A stretch of DNA of 64,000 nt. Source: Raja brachyura. Lineage: Eukaryota. The position numbers and the translations under genes were made by a program. Below the pieces are notes generated by a model, which saw only the letters and a list, made by a program, of their open reading frames with translations, was not told the origin of the DNA and ran no database searches. Positions 1 through 12,763 of the stretch are shown here, piece by piece. The stretch covers positions 16,244,001 to 16,308,000 of the forward strand of contig OY740790.1 of the NCBI GenBank assembly GCA_963514005.1, written 5' to 3'. Positions within the stretch are counted from its first letter, which is position 1. Every line of letters begins with the position of its first letter.

Positions 1-1002
1 GCATGGTGGTACAGCAATTGGCACCACACGCTAACGGTTTCTTCCCAATATCCTAAGGAAATGCTGGTAGGTTTACTGGTTACTGCAATACCCCTCATAT
101 ATTACATACACCTAGTAAATAGTGACATAGGAATCAAAAGGGGAATTGATGAGTGGGAGTAAAAATGGATTGCATGAGTACAAGTAAATGAGGGGTAATG
201 GGACTCTATGGACCGAACGCACTCCTTCTATACCATAATAGGCAAATACTTTCATTACTCAGCAGTAGTTTCTCAAATGGGTTCCTGCACCTTTGAAAAA
301 GTCGATCCATATGGTTAACCCACAATTCAGGCCATATTGTACCCAACAAAGATTTCCGTTAAATCTGGACGACTTTATCCCACTGACCCCACCCTAATCT
401 TATATTTTCCCCCCTCCCCCCCATCACGAGCCAAGATTACAAAAAATCTTCTCCCATGTAAAGCATTCCATTCCAGGTGGCACAATATAAATGTAGAGTT
501 TTTTACCTCTTCGGCTAAGGAACTGTCGCCCTCCAACAGCAGTTCTCCCCATCTGTGGATAAAGTCGAACCCTTCTCAAAGGTTTAGGCCGTGAGATAGC
601 AGCGTCTACCAAAAAAATTGCCATTTAAAACTGAGGTGCACAGGAATGGGTACGCAAGTTCAACAAACTTAAGTTAAAACGCTCCGACAGTAGTAGCTTC
701 ATGACCAATAAGGTTTTTACCGTTATCGTTAAAGTATAACTCAGTTCCTAGGTAACCTTAAATAATTTGTACTGTAACAAAACAACTGAGGTAGCGCTTT
801 TGTCTGATGGCTATGCGCTCACGCTTCACCAGAGATCACAATACACAAACAGGCTGATATTCCAATATTCATGAAATATTGGAATATCAGCGGAATAGAA
901 GAAATATGGCAAATTTGGAGATATGATCTTAGAGGTTAAACAAGGGTGCTGTCATTTTACACGTGAAGAACAAAGGCCCAACAACGCATGAGTTCCAAGA
1001 AG

Positions 1003-1084
1003 TTAGATAAAAATGCTTGAGTAACTCAGCGTCTATGCAGCGAAGGAATAGGTGACTTTTCGGGTTGAGACCCTTCTTCAGACC
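1003..1084 (-). mobile_element. short Penelope-like terminal repeat with hammerhead-ribozyme-like core
   Basis: Minus strand reads GGT CTGAAGA AGGGT-CTCA-ACCC GAAAA GTC ACC; same family as 16410, 21850, 32110, 54898 and 59160. Confidence 0.65.
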
Positions 1085-1589
1085 AGGAAGTTTATCCTTT
1101 TTCGTTTATCCTTATATGAACATTACCCCCAAAAAGTAGATTGTCACTTTGCTCCTTGTGGGACCTTGCTACTGTATCTCCAACTTTGTATTGCATTAGA
1201 TGCAAAACATAAAGATAGCCTCAAAGATTTAAGCTGTAGGATGGTGTGAAAGTCCTTACATAAAATGCATGTCATGTCTAAAAAAAAAACCCAATTTCTA
1301 CAAACTTCACATATGGTTTCCATTATATTCCATTGCAGAACTAACAATATTGCCCTTTCCCGTTTAAGTGGTCATTTCCTTGACTTGAAAAGGTTTAAAG
1401 GGTCATTTATTGTCACGTGTACCAATTAAAGTACTCGATTTACCATACAGCCATACTAAAAAAAGCAATAAGACACACACAACTACATAAAAGTTAACAT
1501 AAACATCCACCACAGCAGATTCCCCACATTCCTCTATCTGCACAGTTCAATACGTTCATGCATCACCACAGCGCTTTCAAATTACATAC

Positions 1590-1705
1590 CAGCTGAACTG
1601 GAAGGAGGATCCTGGCTGGTGGATGGAATGTCAGTTTCTTCAGATGGCTGTGCAGATTCTTCCTCTTGATGTCCTTCAATTTCCAACATAACATCTGAAC
1701 CAAGT
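1590..1705 (-). CDS. TPR: TPR exon 49 (116 nt)
   Basis: LGSDVMLEIEGHQEEESAQPSEETDIPSTSQDPPSSSA. Confidence 0.93.
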
Positions 1706-2859
1706 CTGGGATGGGGAAAGGAGGAAGAGTATATTTGGTTTACTACCTAACCATTGCATAGGGTGAAGCACTTTGCATACAAGCAACTATGAAAAATTGA
1801 AAATGAAATTGGACACAGAAAAATAGACTTTAGAAATAAACACTAGAGCACATCATAATGGTTTGTTGATCACCATAGATAATTGGAAAGCTAGGTGGCT
1901 GATTTAAAGCTATTTCTTCCCCTTGAAAGAAAAAGGAATAGAAAACCAACTAGGAATATTATCGGATGCACAACAGGTCATTGATCTGATGAATATAACT
2001 TCCTCAACCAAATTACAAAAATGTTTGGTTAAATGTACATGTAAATAAAGCCAGGAAAGTAGTTAAAAAAACATGAGATGATGCAGTTCACAGCAGTTTC
2101 AACAAATTTTCACTTCAAGATGCTGCTCTGAACACTTGTAACTGTTCTGAGCCTATGGCCCTGTGATTCTTAAATGTAACAAAACTGATGATCAGCTTTA
2201 TGCTCAGACATTAGCACTAAATCTATACCACACTCAGGTTACATATTTAATACACAAATTGTTGCATTACATTGATGAACATGATTTTGCATTTTGTACA
2301 TAACAGAAGTTACACTGAAGCATGGTACCAATAGGATAGAATCAAAGATTTGATGCTTCTTTGATTATTGATGTACAGGCAGAGGGGGACATTTTTAAAG
2401 ATCAGGGTAATGGAGACAAGATCCTGGTCCAGTTGGATGGTTATTCTGAAGACTGGTGAATAAGAGGATAGGTTTAAAATCCTCATTACATTCCGAGCTC
2501 CACACACAGATGGTCCACATACAGGATAAAGGCTCAGTTATGGAAAGTGTTAGTCTGATCTATAAAGGACTTAACACAGAATAGCATAAACATGTGGCAG
2601 ACCTAATAAATGAACAAATTCCTATACAGTGATGGACTGGATTTTTTTTTTATAGTCTCTCTGAGATATATTGCCTAAGGCAATGACGACATTTCCGTTT
2701 TTTTTGTAGTCAACAGCATTTTGCACTCTATAGAATAAAAATGGATATTGTGTGGTCATTGGCACACAAAGCTGGAACATGTCTGATAAAGGCGACTTCA
2801 TGGACTTTTGATGGTTTTCATATATTCAATTAACATTCCACAATACACTGTAATTATGC

Positions 2860-3750
2860 AGTTATACAGCATGTGAACAGTTCATTTGGTCCAGCACGTA
2901 CTTGCCTCGAAGAGCGGACACCTATCCGGACTAATCCCATCTCCCTGTACTAGCCCCATACCCCTTAAGTTTAGGCAATTCAAGGGGTAATCCAAACACT
3001 TCTGAAATACTGTCAGTGTCTCTGCTTCTGATGTATTCGCTGGGTGGAAGGAAGACACCTCAAATCTCCTCGAAATTTCATACCGCCCACCCTAAATTGT
3101 CATCTAGTTTTATTTAGCTTTGACGTGGGGGAAACAACAGTTAATGCTGGAATCTGGAACAAGCAATCTGATGCAGGAACTCAAGGGGGTCGGGCAGATT
3201 TGCAGAAGGAAATGGGACTCCGAGTGCCAAGAACGTTTTGGAACCAATTTACCAACTTGCCCTGGAGTCCATGGGTGTTAACCTTCTGGACCAGTCTTTC
3301 ATGTGAGATACAAAGGCCTTACTGAAGCCCATGCAAACGACATCTACTGCCCTGCACCTAGCAATATTCAATCAGATTGGTCAGACAGGATCGGCCCTGG
3401 GCAAAGTCATGCTGGCTATCACGGATTATTTCAAGTTGTCCAATTTATCAATAATCCCGTCCGTTATTTTCCAATTAACTTCCTTACTATTGATGTTAGA
3501 TCGGAGTCTGTAGTTACCAGGTTTTTCCCTTCTTCTTCTTCACATGGAAAAAGAACATTTGTTATCCTCCAGGCATCTGGTATTTCGTGAGCAAAACTCT
3601 CAGACAGGGCCCTGGCAATCTCTTCTATTTCCTCCCACACCTGCTCTTGGGATTTATCTACCTCTGAGACCACTAAGCTATCAAGTACCGCCTCTGTAGA
3701 AACTTGCACTAGACATTTTTGCCTTCTCTTTAGTTGAATCCTCCAACTAC
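2860..3750 (-). mobile_element. older degenerate CR1-like fragments, interrupted by a short repeat at about 3130-3220
   Basis: Decayed RT words (DAWRITNVLF; FQKAFDK-like); boundaries approximate. Confidence 0.55.
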
Positions 3751-3753
3751 AAA

Positions 3754-5506
3754 ATCATAGAATCATAGAAAATAGGTGCAGGAGTAGGCCATTCGGCCCT
3801 TCGAGCCTGCACCACCATACAATATGATCATGGCTGATCATCCAACTCAGTATCCTGTACCTGCCTTCTCTCCATACCCCCTGATCCCTTTAGCCACAAG
3901 GGCCACATCTAGCTCCCTCTTAAATATAGCCAGTGAACTGGCCTCAACTACCTTCTGTGGCAGAGAATTCCACAGAAACCACTCTCTGTGTGAAAAAAGA
4001 TCTTCTCATCTCGGTCCTAAAAGACTTCCCCCTTATCCTTAAATAAGGACCCCTTGTTCTGTGACCCCTTGTTCTGGAGTTCCTCAACATCGGGAACAAT
4101 CTTCCTGCATCTAGCCTGTCCAACCCCTTAAGAATTTTGTAAGCCTCTATAAGATCACCCCTCAATCTCCTAAATTCCAGCGAGTACAAGCCGAGTCTAT
4201 CCAGTCTTTCTTCATATGGAAGTCCTGCCATCCCAGGAATCAGTCTGGTGAACCTTCTCTGTACTCCCTCTATGGCAAGAATGTCTTTCCTCAGATTAGG
4301 AGACCAAAACTGTACGTAATACTCCAGGTGTGACCTCACCAAGACCCTGTACAACTGCAGTAGAACCTCCCTGCTCTTGTACTCAAATCCTTTTGCTATG
4401 AATGCTAACATACCATTCGCTTTCTTCACAGCCTGCTGCACCTGCATGCCTACTTTCAATGACTGGTGTACCATGACACCCAGGTCTCGTTGCATCTCCC
4501 CTTTTCCTAATCGGCCACCATTCAGATAATAATCTACCCTCCTGTTTTTGCCGCCAAAGTGGATAACCTCACATTTATCCACATTATACTGCATCTGCCA
4601 TGCATTTCCCACTCACCCAACCTATCCAAGTCACCTAGCATCCTCCTCACAGCTAACACTGCCCCCCAGCTTCGTGTCATCCGCAAACTTGGAGATGTTG
4701 CATTCAATTCCCTCATCCAGATCATTAATATATATTGTAAATGCTGGGGTCCCAGCATTGAGCCTTGTGGTACCCCACTAGTCACTGCCTGCCATTCTGA
4801 AAATTACCCGTTTACTCCTACTCTTTGATTCCTGTCTGCCAGCCAGTTCTCTATCCACATCAATACTGAACCCCCAGTACCGTGTGCTTTAAGTTTGTAT
4901 GCTAATCTCTTATGTGGGACCTTGTCGAAAGCCTTCTGAAAGTCCAGATATAACACATCCACAGGTTCTCCCTTATCCACTCTACTAGTTACATCGTCAA
5001 AAAATTCTATAAGATTTGTCAGGCATGATTTACCTTTCATAAATCCATGCTGACTCTGTCCAATGATTTCACCGCTTTCCAGTTTCCCCACTACCGATGT
5101 TAGACTAATTGGTCTATAATTCCCCGTTTTCTCTCTCCCTCCCGTTTTAAAAAGTGGGGTTACATTAGCTACCCTCCAATTCTCAGGAACCACTCCAGAA
5201 TCTAAAGAGTTTTGAAATATTATCACTGATGCATCCACTATTTCTGAGGCTACTTCCTTAAGTACTCTGGGATGCAGCCTATCTGGCCCTGGGGATTTAT
5301 CGGCCTTTAATCCATTCAATTTACCTAACACCACTTCCCGGCTAACCTGGATTTCACTCAGTTCCTCCATCTCATTTGACCCCGTCCCCTGCTATTTCCG
5401 GCAGATTATTTATGTCTTCCTTTGTGAAGACAGAACCAAAGTAGTTATTCAATTGGTCTGCCAGGTCCTTGTTCCCCATGATCAATTCACCAGTTTCTGA
5501 CTGCAG
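3754..5506 (-). mobile_element. CR1-clade LINE, 5'-truncated, relatively young
   Basis: RT peptides KSPGPD, NYRPISLTS, YLDFQKAFDKVPH, SGVPQGS, split by a few frameshifts; 3' UTR ends in a (TTCTATGA)n tail at about 3754-3770. Confidence 0.93.
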
Positions 5507-5825
5507 AATATATAGAAAATAAAGAAATATATAGATCATATATAGATCGTAAAGAAAATCCTTTTCTTTATGAATAGAAATTAAGTATATTTATGTGGGA
5601 TCCCTTTGATATTTCCGAGCTCCACACACAGATGGTCAATTCATGTTTGATGTAGAGTCCATTTAAAATGTATTCAACTTTCTCAATTAAATTGCTGAAA
5701 GCCACTTTGAAGCAAGATATAATTTTCGGAAAAATTAAAAAATGCAAGCATTTGTGAAAGTCAATGATTTAATTGGCCCTTTAAAAGAATTAAGCACCAA
5801 AATTGAGCAGTATTTTCAATCTTAC

Positions 5826-5985
5826 CCTTCTTGGTCTGCTCCTTCTATAAACACTTCATCACCATCATCACCACCTCCAGATTCAACAGTGCTGGTTAGA
5901 TTGCTTGTGGATGTTGCAATCATAGGGACAGATTGAGAGGCAGTCTCAGTTACATCTGCTTGTGGTCCCTCATTGAAAACAGTCA
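5826..5985 (-). CDS. TPR: TPR exon 48 (160 nt)
   Basis: [21 protein letters not shown]...[15 protein letters not shown]. Confidence 0.94.
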
Positions 5986-6129
5986 CTGAAAGAAAGAAAG
6001 GAACTATATAACTAACTGGGGCTAGAACATAACAAAAAAATGTAGCAACAAAGGTACACCATTAGTTGTCATATTTGAGAAAAATATAAATGCATTGGGT
6101 AATAAATGGGTAGATTGCCAGTCAGACAT

Positions 6130-7050
6130 CACGGGAACAGGACTTTTGATCTAACTCACTATAGAAACATAAGGAGACCTTGGATGATCAAATACATTGT
6201 AACTTTGGTCAAAAATATGAAATCCGACAGGGCCTTGGAGAAATATAAAAAGCAGGAAGGAATTCACTGGAGGAATTAGAAGAGACAAAAATGGGCCAAG
6301 ATATGTCACTGTTAAATCAGATTAAAGAAAATCCCAAACTTTTTATATGCACATTAAACACAAGAATAACCAGGGACAAACAAAGTAGGACAGCTGAAGG
6401 ATAAAAGAGGCAATTTGTGCTTTGAGTCAGGGATGTGAATGAGTTACTGAACAAGTACTTTGCATCTGAATTAACCAAAGAGAAGGACATTGAGGACATG
6501 AAAACAGTGTGGAGAATACCAATATGCTAGGTCAGTTTAAGTTCACAAAGAAGGTGGTGTTGGAGCTCTTGAAGAGCATTAAGGTAGATAAATCCCAAGG
6601 ACCGAATGGAATCTACCCCAGGTTCTTGAGCGAGGCAAGATGGGAGAGTGCAGGGACTTGACAAATACCTTTGTATCTCTTCTAGCCACACAAGTTCGTA
6701 GAGGACTGGAGAGCAGCCAATGTTGTTTCTTTTTTTTTTAAGGGAAGTAGGGGTAAATCACGAAATTATAGCCTGGTGAGCCTCACAACAGTGATAAGGG
6801 AACTATTGCAAAGGATTCTTCAGGATTGGATATACTTACATTTGGAAAATAATGGACATATTAGCAACAGTGACTATTTATACATGTCTGCAGCAGGTCG
6901 TGTCTAACAAACTCAAGAATTTACAAGGGGTGACAAAGCTGATCAACGAGGGCGGGGCAGTGGATGGTGTGTACATATATTTCATTAAGGCATTTGATAA
7001 AGTCCCTCGTGGTCGATTATACCAGAAGTTTAAGATGCATGGGATTCAGT
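6130..7050 (+). mobile_element. degenerate CR1 ORF2 fragment
   Basis: IKENPK, VDKS.GP.G, KAFDKVPRGRL motifs. Confidence 0.75.
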
Positions 7051-7600
7051 ATCCATTTTTTCTCGTGCCATTTTGAATTGGCAGTTACTTACAATATCGC
7101 GACTTAATTTCATGGTTTAAAATATGCTAGGTATTAAAAATTCTTCATTGCAATTACACAAGGACTTTAAAAATAATTGCCTGAGGGAAAGTGCAAGGGT
7201 CATGAATAACTTGTGTCAAACATCAGCTGGGAGCTAATCTGTCCCAAAGCGTTTCCAGATGCTGCTGCCACCAAGTAAAGCACATGGCTCAGAAATAGGG
7301 GTTGTCTCAAGACAAGATCCAACATTATTAATGGACCAGCTAATAATTAGATCGCCATATACAGCAACCTGAACAACAAGACAAATGTAATCATTATTAT
7401 TATGTAGATCTTCCTTGTGGAGGTTAAAGAGGGAAAGTTAGATGGGTAGGCAATTTAAAGCTGAGAATTTATGTCTTATAAATTCTTCTGCAAAACCCAA
7501 AAGCCTAAATAAGTGCACCAGTGTCAGAAGCATTTAAAATAAATTCATTATTTTAAGCTTCAGTAGAAAAACGCTGGAAGATGTTCAACAAACCCCATAC

Positions 7601-7702
7601 CTGGTGCATGAACTTGCAATGGTGTAGTAGGTACACTGCGGCCTCCAGACTCGTCTTCGTGCACAGCAGCAAGGTAAATGGGAGTCTCGTACATTCCTAG
7701 CC
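7601..7702 (-). CDS. TPR: TPR exon 47 (102 nt)
   Basis: [33 protein letters not shown]. Confidence 0.96.
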
Positions 7703-7819
7703 CTATAGAGCCACGGTGAAGATACTTATTAGCACAGATTAGTTCTTAAGGAAATCTTGAGAATAAGCAAATAACATACCATATTGTAATAATATAATTA
7801 CATTATATACATTGAACTC

Positions 7820-8430
7820 TGGCATTCAAGTCTATAATTCCCTGAAAGTGGCAACGTAGATAGATAAGATGAAGAAGTTTGGCATGCTTTCCTATTCATG
7901 TCAGGGTACGGAATACTAAAGATGGGACATTATGTTGCAACTTTACAAAACGCTGGCTAGACTGTTCTTCGTGCACAGTTGGTTATGCTGGAGAGTGTGC
8001 TGAGGAGATTTGCCAGGACGTTGCCTTGATTGGAGGACTTTAACTATAGGGTATTGGATAGGCTGGGCTTGTTTTCAGTGAAAGAGGCCGAGGTGTGACC
8101 CGATAGAGGTATATAAAATTATTAGAGGAGCAGATGGAATAAGTTAGTCAGAAACATTTTCGCATGGGGGAGGTGATCAGAAAATAGATAGCACACGTTG
8201 AAAGCGAAAGGGTTTTAAAGGGAATTCTAGGGCTATGTTGTTGCCAGAGAGATTGGTTGGCATCTCTGGAATTTGATGCCAGAGATGGTGGGTTAGACAC
8301 AATCACTAGATTTAAGAGACATTTGGACAGGCACTAAAATAGGGGAGGCAAAGGAGTATACGGTTGTAATTAAGGCAAACATGATTTGTTTAGATCAGCA
8401 AAAAGTTTAGCATGTTCACGGTGGAACATA
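7820..8430 (+). mobile_element. degenerate CR1 3' fragment
   Basis: Similar to the CR1 C-terminus and 3'UTR (RRFxRxLP, RGDLIEVYK-like). Confidence 0.65.
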
Positions 8431-9446
8431 GGAAAAGATTGTGGCAGCTACGTATACAGCAACATTTCAGAACACTTTCTTTTGAAAAAGTATTTGAATC
8501 CAAGTAAATGCTTTATTGAATTGGAGATATCTGAAGCTGATCATTAATCAACAGCACTACTCCAATACTGGACAGGTTGTTACCGTTCGTTCATACATTT
8601 GGGAACCAATTCTCAAGGTCAAGTTTGTGACATGATAAAAGTTTAGTTCTAATCAGCAAAACAGTGAAAGTATCAAAATGAAAGTCATTGATCAATAGAA
8701 CAAAAAAATCTAAATCTTCAGAGTACTTCCCGATCTTTATGAAAAAATTAGGCACTACAAATATTATGCAAAGAAATTTGTGCTTGAAGTATTAATCTGC
8801 AAAAGCATCTGGAGCACTGTTACTGAAGTTCTGAATGGACTGAATAACATTGACCTGTCGAACCCACTCTGAATTGCCACTTGTGGTACAACCACACTCT
8901 CATTTACATTGCTTTAACTAGCCTTCCACACCCGATTCCAGCCATATGTTTTCGTTTGAAATTAGGTCATAACGGTGTGGTTTGGGTGCCCCAATCATGA
9001 TATTTACCAATGTCCCTGACAGAAGAAAAAGCTAGGATTACACAGCTTTATCTTCAGTCAAAACACATGACATTGTTTAACTGACATGCAGAGCGACTTA
9101 AAATTTAAAGCTGAATCCAAGTGAATAAAAATAAATAATAATAAAAATATCAAAATATAGCAAAATTCATAAAAAGCAAGATGCTGCGCAGGTTCAGAGT
9201 GGCGATTCTCCCAAGTAACACTGGGAAATCCCAGCAAGACAGGGCTTTGCACTGCTGTTCCCACTCCCCTTCTATATCTGCCTATAGGTCTTGGACTTCC
9301 ACTTTCATAGTACGCTTGCAGTAAGTCCAGGATCTACTTCACTTTGACCAATGGAATGCCACAATCTTTTTACGGTCTTCTGTTAAGAATAATATGTTGT
9401 TTGTAGGTTGAAGAGATTTAGATTTTTTGTTTTGTACAAACGTTAC

Positions 9447-9553
9447 CTCCTTGTGATGCCAATTGCCCAAGATCAGACTGACTTGAACTAGTTTGATTCA
9501 TATCTTCAGGTGGTCCAAACCTAAAGCGAGGGACTCCTGTAACCTGGGGAGAA
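9447..9553 (-). CDS. TPR: TPR exon 46 (107 nt)
   Basis: [35 protein letters not shown]. Confidence 0.97.
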
Positions 9554-9960
9554 CTAAGGAAAGTTTTTAACATGAGCTTTTAAATTCAAAGGTGCACAAA
9601 AGTATACATATTATCCAAGTTCAAAACACACAGCAAGGTGTTCAAAGCTAATTTTAAATAGGCAACCATCATACCTTCAAATAAACATGTGACTGTCATG
9701 GAAAAAAGTCATAATTTTTCTTATATTTATTTGAAGTTCACAAATATTCAAAAAAGTTCAATTGTATTGTTTTTGACATCCCCAACTTCAGAATACATTA
9801 ATTTGATGATAACCGGTCAGAATAAAAATCCAAACTTAATTAACCAGTACTGAAAACTTTTCTTGTTATATTATTGTATACCACCTAGCTATCGAAAGTA
9901 TTTTGAAGAAATGTCGCCTTATTTTGAACTTCTAGGGCACTAACAGGGAAATCCACTTAC

Positions 9961-10055
9961 TGAATGGCTTCTGCAAACCCATCTGATCGGTGGGGCACAA
10001 CAAGTGTTGGTGTACTAGGTACCATTCTGTCATCTTCATCAAAGAAATGCTGATG
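9961..10055 (-). CDS. TPR: TPR exon 45 (95 nt)
   Basis: [32 protein letters not shown]. Confidence 0.97.
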
Positions 10056-10566
10056 CTGAAAAAAGTGTTAAACACCGGTCAAAAGAAAAGTGTATTTAAG
10101 AAAACAGTGTATTCAAGAAAAGAGAAGGCAAATAATACCATCTGACTGCATAATCTGAGCAGGAAAAGTATTTTTAGCAAGACCACTGCATTTCAAAACA
10201 CAAAATTAATAGTTCACGCATGCATTGGAATATTTTAATACAAGACTTAAGACATGCGGCAACAGAAATACTGCCATGGACGAGTCTCCAATGGTCTCCA
10301 ATGCCAATGCCTTGTTAATTGGATTTATGCAGACAGAAGATATATTGCCACAAATTAGTTATATGCTTTGAAGGGAAAAAAAAACTGGAACAAATGAATT
10401 AATTAAATCAATTCATGTGCTTATAAATCCCGAAACTGGTTGATTGATAATTCTCAAAATGGTCAGCTAGTAGCAATAAAAGAAAATTATAACCAGTTTG
10501 GAGGAAACAATTAAAACATGGCAATACCTTATTCCTAAATGATGCACTAAGAATTTGGTTACTTAC

Positions 10567-10638
10567 CACACCTCCAATGCCTGGAGTAAGCTGGATACCT
10601 CCCCGACTTGATGATGGCCGTCGAGCTGGGGGGAATCT
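10567..10638 (-). CDS. TPR: TPR exon 44 (72 nt)
   Basis: RFPPARRPSSSRGGIQLTPGIGGV. Confidence 0.93.
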
Positions 10639-11449
10639 CTGTGTAATAGGATGAAAAATTATGACAGCAAATATTATGGGAAATTGTGTTCCTCATATGT
10701 TCAATTAGTAAAACAGGGAACATCATTAAAAATTTATTAAACAGGGCATATTTTTAATTTGATTTTAGAACATTTCTCTTTGACAATTCTTTTGTTTAGG
10801 ATTTTGCAAAATATTTTTTGTGCTTTTTAATACATACATAAAATCGTATAGCATGGAAATAGGTGGTTCAGCCCAATCAGCCCATGCCGGCCAAGATTCC
10901 CCATGTATCAGAAGAAGCAAGTTCTTGTCTCTTTTCAATGGCCAACTGCAGTTACATTAGCAGCTGGAGTCCGACTATTGAGGAGGCCCTATACCTTTTT
11001 TCCCCTCAAGACAGTTTTCCCCCCAGTATAGTCAATTTCCAAAGTAACTTAAGTTGTTCTCAAGCTCCTGATCAAAATTGCATTATAACCATTTTGACTG
11101 GTGTAATGCAAACTGTGTTCCCTAATCTCCCTATATCTTGCGTAATATCCAATTAGTGGTATAGAAGCACTTGTTATAGCAGAACTACCGGCACATGTGA
11201 GTATACCATGTGACAGAAACGTAAACAAATTGCTGTTCACAACTGTAATGCTAATCTCTGATACAAAACCATTTGAGATTTTATCAGTTAAGCAACATTC
11301 AATAAAGCCAATCCAACTTTAAACAAGAGGCTGCAATTGATATGTTGATGAACAATTGAAAGAAAATACCCAAAACTATTAGCTACAGTTTGGGGTGAAC
11401 ATCAAAATGTATAAGAAAAATGAACTTTTGCCAACTTAGTTTTAAGCAC

Positions 11450-11628
11450 CTGGGCAGGTGGTCCCAGTTCTTGGGCTGGAGGCTGAATTGTTAGTCTCGG
11501 AGGAAGAGGATGCGGTGGTCTTCTTGGTGATCGCAAAAGCCGTGGAGCTTGTCTTTCAGCAGCCTGCTGCTCTCTCGGAGCTTCTGGAGTGTAGGACTCT
11601 GTAGTGGTGACACTACCTTCACCTCCAG
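11450..11628 (-). CDS. TPR: TPR exon 43 (179 nt)
   Basis: [12 protein letters not shown]...[27 protein letters not shown]. Confidence 0.93.
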
Positions 11629-12690
11629 CTGTTGACAAAATAGAAACATCATGCTTGTTACTAAGAAGCATTAGCCCATTAGCACCACAAAAATAAACTG
11701 CACAAGTTAAATAAATTAATTCCCACGACACAGGTGACCATATCCAATATTCTCTAAAAGTTTAATAATATAAACAACGACATTACATTGCACAACATGT
11801 TAAATCAGTATTGTCCAACATTATTGGCCATCATTGTTGTGCTCGGCCTTAAAGGTTGTGAAGGTCCACAGTTCTATTCTATTCAATGACAAAGGAGTGC
11901 TGTGCTGTTCTATAAAAAGGCCCATGTTTCCCCTTGAAGATTTGACATTTCCTGACGTAAAGAACAGGAAATTCCTGATGGTGATTGCTGGATTTTAGCT
12001 GACTATTTGTTTTCACTTGGAATATATCTGCTGAACCTGCACTAAAGGTTAAACTTGTTGCAGGTTCAACGACTCAGTCATTTCAATGCAATGAGAAATT
12101 GCAAATGAGAAAGTTTCAGATATTTCACAATTCTTTTTTTAAGGAATCAAATGAACTTGCATTTTACTAATTTAAGCATTTTTAATTTTCTGATTTTGTT
12201 TGGTTAATAATTTAACAAGATTGAACATTTCTGAATGAGACACTTGAACATTGTAACTAATTAATTAACAGTAGTTAAAGCTGGGACAGTCAGTTGTCAA
12301 ATAATTGTTTTAGCATTTCTATCGACAGGACTCCAAGGCCTTACCCATACCATCTCACATTCATCCATAAGGACCTGGCATCGTCTATAACGAGAGTGAA
12401 CTTAATTTTATTTGTGGGCTTCGTAGGTAAAGAGCAATGAACATCTCATCATCACCATGAAACTGTGGCCTTTAGTAGCAAAAGTTAAAGCTTCCTATGG
12501 ATCTCTACAATTGAATATTTTAAGAAAACCAACAGCCAATGATAATATTTAATGTAATATAGGCAAGAGATTTTATATGTTATTTCACTAAAATTGTTCA
12601 GCAAAATATTTAAATTCCAATACATTTTATTAGTACTTTAATTTTAACAATCAGGTTACCTTTTAAATCAAAGAATTTTCTAAGACTTAC

Positions 12691-12763
12691 AATTATCCTC
12701 TGAAATGTGGGTACTTTCTCTTGTAGTTTGCTCATCTGCACTGGGATCTGTCCCATCTGCAAC
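12691..12763 (-). CDS. TPR: TPR exon 42 (73 nt)
   Basis: VADGTDPSADEQTTRESTHISEDN; GTAAG donor. Confidence 0.88.

Noticed and set aside
1-1589. PRG4, which overlaps the TPR 3' end in mammals
   Set aside because: No hemopexin, somatomedin-B or mucin-like coding sequence visible on the + strand; it would lie outside the window.
4048-4076. Tandem gaccccttgttctg doublet
   Set aside because: Small slippage inside a dead CR1 copy; no functional implication.
3944-5370. Long RT ORFs as an independent gene or retron-like system
   Set aside because: Frameshifted, 5'-truncated CR1 ORF2 with a typical CR1 tail.
9288-9320. 33-nt + strand microexon-like segment (good acceptor, GTAAGT donor)
   Set aside because: No partner exons or recognisable antisense gene in the window; such signal pairs arise by chance.
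12032-12068. 10-bp stem hairpin (tgaacctgca...tgcaggttca)
   Set aside because: Too short to exceed chance expectation in 64 kb; no snoRNA boxes recognised.
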